Part shown: one piece after another, positions 1 through 6,555 of the stretch
Layout of the letters: each line of letters starts with the position of its first letter
Position numbering within the stretch: position 1 is the stretch's first letter
DNA from: Clostridia bacterium
Lineage (GTDB): Bacteria; Bacillota; Clostridia; Christensenellales; CAG-1252
Reading direction: 5' to 3'
NCBI GenBank assembly: GCA_017444385.1
Contig: JAFSWQ010000013.1
Coordinates: 127,009 to 191,008 of the forward strand
DNA length: 64,000 nucleotides
Made by a program: the position numbers and the translations under genes
Notes under the pieces: generated by a model
The model's input: only the letters and a program-made list of their open reading frames with translations
Told to the model about the DNA's origin: nothing
Databases searched by the model: none

Positions 1-380
1 TACAAAACTTAGGTCAAGCGGCTAAAACGGGTTTGGGTTCGATAAAGAACAAAGGATTGAAGATCCTACTCGACAATACCGAAAAGGTCAGTATGACGAC
101 GTTATCCGAGCTTGAATTCGATTTCGTCCGTATAGATAGCCGATATTACGAGTTGGGCAACTTCAAAGCGGAAGGTTTCTTGAGATTACTTACCGCTTTC
201 GCCAAAGAACAAGGTATTCCCACCGTCGCGACCTTCTGCGACAACGAGGATATGGCGGAATATATGTTCTATATGGGCGTCGACTACGTACAAGGCAACG
301 CGGTATCCCGCCCTCAACGTACCGTACCCAACGCGGTCGATAAAGTTACTCTCCTCGAGAGTATGCAGCAAATAGGTTAA
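1..380 (+). CDS. EAL-domain-like protein, C-terminal fragment (gene continues upstream of window); motifs look degenerate
   Basis: Frame 3 is open from the window edge to the stop at 380. FDFVRID and GVDYVQGNAVSRP resemble the EAL-domain KID and QG(Y/F)xxxxP C-terminal motifs. The usual A-E-G-V-E box reads ATFCDNED, and the DDFGTG-like box reads LLDNTEK. Confidence 0.45.
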   Translation, partial: QNLGQAAKTGLGSIKNKGLKILLDNTEKVSMTTLSELEFDFVRIDSRYYELGNFKAEGFLRLLTAFAKEQGIPTVATFCDNEDMAEYMFYMGVDYVQGNAVSRPQRTVPNAVDKVTLLESMQQIG

Positions 381-445
381 ACCCGCCGAGTGGCGTGTAA
401 ATAAAGTAAAAAATAGCCGAAAGGCAAAATATGGAGGATATTATT

Positions 446-1651
446 ATGAAAAAAAGAATGTTTATTACGACTATCGTAATGATGCTCGTTTTAGCAGTCG
501 CATTGACCACCAGTTCTTTGGCATGGTTCTCGTCTGCTAACACTGCAGTTACGGCTTCTGCTGCGACGTTTACAGCTACGTCTTCTGGCGATAGTAACGT
601 AAACTTGAAGATTAGCGATAGTACTGGTTCTTGGGGTAACCAAATCGCTTTGACGAGTGCCGCAGGTCGTTCCATGATTGGTATGATCCCTCAAAGCGCT
701 CTCGTTGCTACCACCGGCACGGCTCCCACCTTTACCGGCGTTACCGTTAACGGTGCCCACGTTGACGTCGTTCACGGGAACTACGTATGGCCCGCAAGAA
801 TGAGCTTCAACTCCGCGAAGATCGGCGACGAATCCAACTTCGTTATCGAGGCTGACGCCGCGGGAAACGACGTAAACGGAGATCCCAGCACTTCTACCAA
901 CAAAGTTAGTGACTACTCTAACGTTGCGGTTAATGGATCTGCTGGTTATTACTACGATGAGTTCTATCTCCACAATGCAGACGCTCAATCCGTTATCAAC
1001 ACCTTGAACTTCCAAGTTCGTGGTTCATTGAGTAAAATTACCGGCGCTGAAGCAGAGGGTTCCGACTATACTTGTAACGGTTATGCAGCGTTTATCGTGT
1101 TTGACGCCGTAGCTGTTGCAGTTGGCGAAACCGTTCCTACTAATGCCCTCGAAAGCGCAGGTTATACTGTTATCGCATATGGTACCTCTCCTGCAGAAAA
1201 CCAAGTTGCTGCTGCTTCTGATGACAAGTATCTTGCTTGGGTTCCCTTTGCAGCATTTACTATCGCTATGGATAAGACCGGTGACACTGGTGCAAATAAC
1301 AGCAACGTTGCATGGCAATTCGGTAACTTGGACGAGATTGATGGATCTGCTTTCCGTTACAATAGTATAGCTATCGAAAACGTTAACACTCAAGCTTACG
1401 ATGCAATTTCCGGTGATACAGGTTTCACTCTCAGCACTGCTAACCTTAAGCTTTTGAATGACAAGGTAGTTAACGGAGAAGGTAATGTTACTAATTCAAA
1501 TACTTCGAGAGATACCACTAGCGTATTCACTATGCCTGCAGGTGAGACCTATAGAGTAGCTTTCTATTTCTGGCTTGACGGCTATACTATGACTTCCTTT
1601 ACCGATACCACTGTTGCTGAAGTATCCATTAGAGTAAGTGCAGCTCAATAA
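446..1651 (+). CDS. secreted TasA/camelysin-like protein with SipW-dependent-type signal peptide (candidate fibre/matrix subunit)
   Basis: ATG 446 is preceded by GGAGG (433-437). The N-terminus MKKRMFITTIVMMLVLAVALTTSSLAWFSS has the L-A-(W/Y)-F-(S/T) pattern of SipW-cognate signals. It is followed by ATFTATSSG..NLKIS, like the mature TasA N-terminus. It lies directly upstream of a SipW-type peptidase gene and a hairpin terminator follows. Confidence 0.6.
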   Translation: MKKRMFITTIVMMLVLAVALTTSSLAWFSSANTAVTASAATFTATSSGDSNVNLKISDSTGSWGNQIALTSAAGRSMIGMIPQSALVATTGTAPTFTGVTVNGAHVDVVHGNYVWPARMSFNSAKIGDESNFVIEADAAGNDVNGDPSTSTNKVSDYSNVAVNGSAGYYYDEFYLHNADAQSVINTLNFQVRGSLSKITGAEAEGSDYTCNGYAAFIVFDAVAVAVGETVPTNALESAGYTVIAYGTSPAENQVAAASDDKYLAWVPFAAFTIAMDKTGDTGANNSNVAWQFGNLDEIDGSAFRYNSIAIENVNTQAYDAISGDTGFTLSTANLKLLNDKVVNGEGNVTNSNTSRDTTSVFTMPAGETYRVAFYFWLDGYTMTSFTDTTVAEVSIRVSAAQ

Positions 1652-1698
1652 TTGACGTGAAGAATAGCATAGAATAAATGCTTTAATTGAAATTAAAA

Positions 1699-1720
1699 GG
1701 AGGGCTTGGCCCTCCTTTTT
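1699..1720 (+). terminator. rho-independent terminator
   Basis: GGAGGGC-ttg-GCCCTCC stem-loop followed by TTTTT, 48 nt after the stop at 1651. Confidence 0.8.
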
Positions 1721-2017
1721 GTTTGCATAAAAAATGAAAATATTGATTTATCGAGAAAGGAAAACCGCAATTAAGAATAAGCGATAAAAAAGGATCAGGA
1801 AAATCAAGTCGTGTAGTATTCCAAATCATATAGCTTAGAGAAGAATTTTCTAATGATTGGATTTCTTTAACTATGCTTATGAAAATGGAAAACTTGCTAG
1901 TACCATAATCTTAAAAACTATTCTTAACAATTATACCACAAAATAGATTTTTTTAACTTTTTTCTTATTTTTTTTCAACAAATTTTTATATTATTATAAT
2001 TTAATTAAATATGAGTA

Positions 2018-2046
2018 TTGCAATTCGCAAAAAACTATGATATAAT
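2018..2046 (+). promoter_or_regulatory. sigma-70-type promoter
   Basis: TTGCAA (2018-2023), 17-nt spacer, TATAAT (2041-2046), about 30 nt upstream of the 2078 start. Confidence 0.6.
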
Positions 2047-2077
2047 AACTTATATTATGTAATAGTGCCAATAGGCA

Positions 2078-3094
2078 ATGGAGTATATTAATATGGCAGA
2101 AGAAAAGAAAAAGTCGAAAATTAATCCTAAAACTCGTCAGATACTCGATATCATGGTTACGGGTATTCAAGTTGTGATAGTAATTTTCTGCATAGTTTTG
2201 AGTATTATTATTTGGACGGGCAATGCGGGCGATCCAATAAATCGTAAGATCAATTGGTTTGCAATACGTACCGACTCTATGACGAGGCAATCCGACGAGT
2301 ATTATGCGGCGCTTAAAGAAAAGTTGGGTTGTGATTTTAACGTTAAGAAATCGACGTTCGATCCCGGTGATATGGTCATTACCAAAAAAGTTGCGTTTGA
2401 AGACATCCAAGTTGGTGACGTTATAGCCTATAAAGCGACAATAAAGGATATCAACGGTAACTTCAGCGAACAAATCATTACCCACAGAGTTGTGATGATC
2501 AACAAAAACAACAAAGAGATTACTACGCGCGGTGATAGAGACGTCAATGGCGAACAAGAGACTACCGTTGAGTATAGTAACGTCTTCGGTAAGATGACGG
2601 GTAAGCTCAAAGGTATTGGCGGCGCAATTCTTTGGTTGCAAGGTTTCCGTAGAATTGAAACCGAGAACGGCGTTGGTTACGACCGTGACGAGAATAATTC
2701 GAAGTCCGCAAGCTTTTTGATTATCATAATTCCTTTGGCTGCGTTGTTTATCTACAACGGATTTTACGTTGTCAAATGGGCTATGGACGAGAGAACCAAG
2801 AAGATCAAGGAAGCCGCTCAAAAGGAAGCCGCAGACAAACTTGCTACCGAGGCAGTCAACCAAAAGGAACTCGAACGCAAGGCTATCCGCGCGTTTATGG
2901 CTTCTCAAGGTATGACCGACGAGCAGATCGACGCGTATTTCGCTAAAGAGGATGAAAAACTCGCGGCTCAAGAGGCGGCTAAGGCCGAAGAGACTTCAAC
3001 CGAAGATTCTTCCGCAGATGTCGAAGAGACGGTCGAGCAACCCGCCGAAGAGGCAAATTCCGAAGAGCAGGAAAGCGAAGAGCCTAAAGAGTAA
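2078..3094 (+). CDS. sipW: signal peptidase I, SipW/ER type (S26B), with insertion after the Ser box and a long charged C-terminal tail
   Basis: Motifs IRTDSM (Ser box), PGDMVITKK, VGDVIAY, ITHRVV (His box) and TRGDRDVNGEQE. An N-terminal TM and a C-terminal TM (FLIIIIPLAALFIYNGFYVV) are followed by ~100 aa of K/E/A-rich tail. An alternative start is ATG 2093. Confidence 0.75.
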   Translation: MEYINMAEEKKKSKINPKTRQILDIMVTGIQVVIVIFCIVLSIIIWTGNAGDPINRKINWFAIRTDSMTRQSDEYYAALKEKLGCDFNVKKSTFDPGDMVITKKVAFEDIQVGDVIAYKATIKDINGNFSEQIITHRVVMINKNNKEITTRGDRDVNGEQETTVEYSNVFGKMTGKLKGIGGAILWLQGFRRIETENGVGYDRDENNSKSASFLIIIIPLAALFIYNGFYVVKWAMDERTKKIKEAAQKEAADKLATEAVNQKELERKAIRAFMASQGMTDEQIDAYFAKEDEKLAAQEAAKAEETSTEDSSADVEETVEQPAEEANSEEQESEEPKE

Positions 3095-3383
3095 GGAAGA
3101 GCCGTTTCGACTACGCTCAACGTGACGAGCTAAAAGTAGAGTACGTCATTCCGAGCAACGTCGAGGAATCCCCTATACTAGTACGTCATTCCGAGCGAAG
3201 CGAGGTTCGAGCAAACGCATAACGTTTGCGAGAAAGAGGAATAGGCAAGCAAAAACGAAATCATCATAAGATGATAAGTTATAGTGAAGCCTATGACGAG
3301 TCGAAGGATCCCCTAAAAAGGCGTAACGTGCTTATAAAAGTAAAAAGCGGAAGAGCCGTTTCGACTACGCTCAACGTGACGAG
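3095..3383. repeat. cluster of bipartite palindromic intergenic repeats (order A, B, interrupted B, A)
   Basis: Module A (GGAAGAGCCGTTTCGACTACGCTCAACGTGACGAG) is at 3095-3129 and 3349-3383. Module B (GTACGTCATTCCGAGCAACGTCGAGGAATCCCCT) is at 3141-3175. A second B starts at 3181 and resumes at 3297-3316. Confidence 0.85.
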
Positions 3384-3483
3384 TTAATAGCTAATTGTTT
3401 ATCAACATATATATATTAGTGTAACCTATAGTTGAATTTGCCTTTAAGGTAAGTTTTAGTGCGGTCTAAACCGCGAAGAAGAT

Positions 3484-4449
3484 ATGGCTGATAAAGAAAA
3501 GAAAACCCAAACCGAAGAGTTGACCACTCCCGAAATCAACGAAGAGGAAAGCCCTAAAGGGAAATCTTCGCTAACCGAGTCTCAACTCAAAGACAAGGAT
3601 AAGTTCGCCTACATAATCAAACGGAAGAGCGTCCGCAAAAGAGCGAGACGTAAGACCGTATCTTTGATTATGGTAATTTTCGTTCTAATCGCCTTGCTTA
3701 TCACGGGTTTGGTCTACGGCGTATTGACGTTTATAGATTTTAACAGTTTCCGTATTACCGTTGAGCGATCCAACCTCAATTATTTAACGTTGAGCGAGGA
3801 TTACGAATTTACAAACCCCACTTCGGTTTTGTCGCTCTCCGGCCCTAAAGATATGGACAACTTCACTTTTGAATGGTTACCTTATAGAACTCAATTCCTT
3901 AACGAAGAGGGTAGTTTGAGCAGCGATAATTATATTGCATCCGCATTCTATCTTAAAAATATTTCTGAAAAACCTGTTTACTATACCGAAAACATATCCC
4001 TTACAAACGTTTATAAAGGATTAGAAGATACTATAAGAATATTATTAATAAAACAAATTGTTACTGAAGACGAAAGCGGTAATGCGGTATTAAGCGCCCC
4101 CGAGTATCGTTGCTACGCAAAGGTATCGGCGGACGGCGTCACCCCCGAATACGTTGCGGGCGGACACGAGGACGAGTATTATCCCGTACCCGTATCTAAT
4201 CCAAACAATATCGAGAGCAGCGACCCGTGGTACACGATACCCTTCTACTCCGCGGATAGCGGCACCGTCCTCGACTCGGTTTACTACCCCTTAATGCCCG
4301 GTCAAAAGATAAGATACGCTATGGCGGTGTGGATAGAGGGTACCGACCCCGAGTGTACTAACGACAAGTTAGGCGGTAAGGTATCCTATAACTTCCGCTT
4401 CTCACTCCTCACCGACGAAGACGGTAAGGTCGTAGAGATAGAAGAGTGA
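3484..4449 (+). CDS. membrane-anchored or secreted protein, paralogous at its C-terminus to the 446-1651 product (second SipW-cargo candidate)
   Basis: A K/E-rich 60-aa N-terminus is followed by TM VSLIMVIFVLIALLITGLVYGVLTFIDFNSFRITV. The C-terminal PGQKIRYAMAVWIEGTDPECTNDKLGGKVSYNFRFS aligns with PAGETYRVAFYFWLDGYTMTSFTDTTVAEVSIRVS of ORF 446-1651. Confidence 0.55.
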   Translation: MADKEKKTQTEELTTPEINEEESPKGKSSLTESQLKDKDKFAYIIKRKSVRKRARRKTVSLIMVIFVLIALLITGLVYGVLTFIDFNSFRITVERSNLNYLTLSEDYEFTNPTSVLSLSGPKDMDNFTFEWLPYRTQFLNEEGSLSSDNYIASAFYLKNISEKPVYYTENISLTNVYKGLEDTIRILLIKQIVTEDESGNAVLSAPEYRCYAKVSADGVTPEYVAGGHEDEYYPVPVSNPNNIESSDPWYTIPFYSADSGTVLDSVYYPLMPGQKIRYAMAVWIEGTDPECTNDKLGGKVSYNFRFSLLTDEDGKVVEIEE

Positions 4450-4459
4450 ATAATAAAGC

Positions 4460-4485
4460 GTAGACGTTTCGACTACGCTCAATGT
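4460..4485 (+). repeat. solo, truncated module A repeat
   Basis: GTAGACGTTTCGACTACGCTCAATGT matches the module A core. Confidence 0.6.
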
Positions 4486-4567
4486 AAAAACTAAACTATT
4501 AATCGGTTAACCGATACGAAATAAACAAAAACCAAAAAGGAGAAAGCCGTAAGGCTTGTAGACGACA

Positions 4568-6100
4568 ATGTTAGATTTGATACAATCATTACTGAAAATA
4601 TTCATCGGTGGATTCTTGCAGATATTCACCGGAATTTTCGGTGGCATAGCGCAAATGTTTAACTTTGTAGATTACTATAATACCATAAAGAATATGGCGG
4701 ACGGTAACGCTTCCTATTGGATAGTCGGCGCGTTGGTCGTTCTCGTGGTATTGGCTGTTTTGGTCGCTATCGTTTGGTTGTTAATTTATTTCAGTATTCG
4801 CTTTTTCAAGAGATTAAAGAGCAAAAACGCCGTTCTCGACCAAGACCTCGTCGACGAGATCAACGAGTTAAAGAGACAACTCGTTAAGACCAATATGGAA
4901 AAGGATAGAATTCTCGGCTTGAAGATAGGCTCTCGCGGCTACGACATTACCGAGGGTTACGAAGGCGAAGAGGTCAAAGACGACGCAAAGAAAGAGGGCG
5001 AAAGCCGTTTCTACAAACTTACCGAAGTTGATAAAGAATTCGAAGCGGGGCTTTTCCCGCCCCGCGAGTACGACTGGGATATAACGCTCGAGCAACTGTG
5101 CGACCGTTTCCGTTTCTACGCGGCTAATAACCCCGATAGACCCTGGCGTAAACTTTATTATGAAATTAAAATAATCCGTTTGTTCTTCAGTTCGTTCGCT
5201 ACGACGAGATTGCTAATCCTACAAGGTATATCCGGTACAGGTAAGACCTCTCTTCCCGAATGTATGGGTCACTTCTTCGATAACCCTACGACCATCGCTT
5301 CCGTTCAACCGTCCTGGCGTGACCGTACCGAAATATTCGGATATTTCAACGAATTTACCAAGCGTTTCAACGAGACCGAAGTTTTGAAGGCGATGTACCA
5401 CGCCCGTTACAGCGAAGATATTTATCTCACCGTTCTCGACGAAATGAACATAGCGCGTGTTGAGTACTACTTCGCTGAATTGCTGTCCATATTGGAAATG
5501 CCTTCGCGTGAACAATGGATAGTCGACTTGGTTCCTTCCGGTTGGCCGAGCGACCCGAAGTTCGTAGAAAAAGGCAGATTTAAGCTTCCCGAAAATATGT
5601 GGTATATCGGCACCGCAAACAACGACGACTCCACGTTCGCTATTTCCGATAAGGTTTACGACCGCGGTATGCCTATCAACATTAACAGTAAAGCGGCTCC
5701 TTTCGACTGCCCCGTTACCGAGAAGTTACACGTTTCATATAAGCACCTTGAGGAATTGTTCTCCAAGGCGTTCGAAGTAAACGCGGTCAGTAAAGAGAAC
5801 CTCGATAAATTCGAAAAAATGGACGACTACGTTATCGAACACTTCCGTTTGGCGTTTGGTAACCGTATTGTTAAGCAATTGCGTGAATTCGTCCCCGTTT
5901 ATATTGCCTGCGGTGGTACCGAAATCGACGGATTGGATTACGTATTGTGTAACAAGATCCTTCGTAAGTTCGAGTCCTTGAACTTGGCGTACATTCGCGA
6001 CGAGATCGACGACTATATCCAATACCTCTCCGACCACTTCGGCGAAGAGAATATGGGCGACTGTAAAGAGTACTTGACGAGATTGAAGAAGTTGTTCTAA
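4568..6100 (+). CDS. McrB-family (AAA_5/COG1401-like) NTPase with N-terminal transmembrane anchor
   Basis: Hydrophobic N-terminus including YWIVGALVVLVVLAVLVAIVWLLIYFSIRFF. Walker A is LLILQGISGTGKTS (5225-5248). Walker B plus the McrB helix is TVLDEMNIARVEYYFAELLSILE (from 5432). The McrB signature is WYIGTANNDDSTFAISDKVYDRG (5609-5632). VQPSWRDRTEIFGY resembles the conserved McrB-like segment. Confidence 0.75.
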   Translation: MLDLIQSLLKIFIGGFLQIFTGIFGGIAQMFNFVDYYNTIKNMADGNASYWIVGALVVLVVLAVLVAIVWLLIYFSIRFFKRLKSKNAVLDQDLVDEINELKRQLVKTNMEKDRILGLKIGSRGYDITEGYEGEEVKDDAKKEGESRFYKLTEVDKEFEAGLFPPREYDWDITLEQLCDRFRFYAANNPDRPWRKLYYEIKIIRLFFSSFATTRLLILQGISGTGKTSLPECMGHFFDNPTTIASVQPSWRDRTEIFGYFNEFTKRFNETEVLKAMYHARYSEDIYLTVLDEMNIARVEYYFAELLSILEMPSREQWIVDLVPSGWPSDPKFVEKGRFKLPENMWYIGTANNDDSTFAISDKVYDRGMPININSKAAPFDCPVTEKLHVSYKHLEELFSKAFEVNAVSKENLDKFEKMDDYVIEHFRLAFGNRIVKQLREFVPVYIACGGTEIDGLDYVLCNKILRKFESLNLAYIRDEIDDYIQYLSDHFGEENMGDCKEYLTRLKKLF

Positions 6101-6160
6101 TAGTACGTAACGCGCTTATCGTATTAGTATTATATAATAGTGAAATTACTCTATCATAAT

Positions 6161-6506
6161 ATAATAAGCGTTATAGTGCCTTATTCCAAGCAACCTTGAG
6201 GAATCGCCTATAAAAGTACGTCATCCTGAGCTTGTCGAAGGATCCCCTAACGCAGAGCAGTAAATACTAATAAGTGTTTATCAAATAGGAAGAGATGTTT
6301 CGACTACGCTCAACATGACGAGTTAAAATTAGAGTACGTCATTCCGAGCATCGTCGAGGAATCCCCTAACGCGAAGCAGTATTGACAAGGAAGAGATGTT
6401 TCGACTACGCTCAACATGACGAATAAAAAAGTACGAATTCTTAATTCTAAATAATAAGCGTTACGGCACGTCATTCCAAGCAACGTCGAGGAAAATCCCC
6501 TAACGC
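6161..6506. repeat. cluster of six palindromic repeat modules (degenerate B, B, A, B, A, B)
   Basis: B modules at 6216-6253, 6334-6373 and 6468-6506. A modules at 6288-6322 and 6389-6422. A degenerate B is at ~6161-6212. The cluster fills the 455-bp gap between the AAA+ gene and its partner. Confidence 0.85.
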
Positions 6507-6555
6507 AAAAAGCAAAACAAAGAAATCTTCAATTTAGGAGAATATAAAAAGTATA

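Noticed and set aside
4530-4567. AAAGGAG lies 25 nt upstream of ATG 4568 with an AAGCC-gtaa-GGCTT hairpin in between, a possible structure-shortened SD spacing.
   Set aside because: The stem is only 5 bp and the effective spacing after folding would still be ~11 nt. The evidence is too weak to call a regulatory element. The start codon is still the only in-frame option, because TAG lies 9 nt upstream.
3095-6506. The repeat clusters could superficially resemble a CRISPR array.
   Set aside because: Two different modules alternate, occur in both orientations, are imperfect and irregularly spaced (10-70 nt), and are scattered over eight intergenic sites. No cas genes are present. They are REP/MITE-like elements, not CRISPR.
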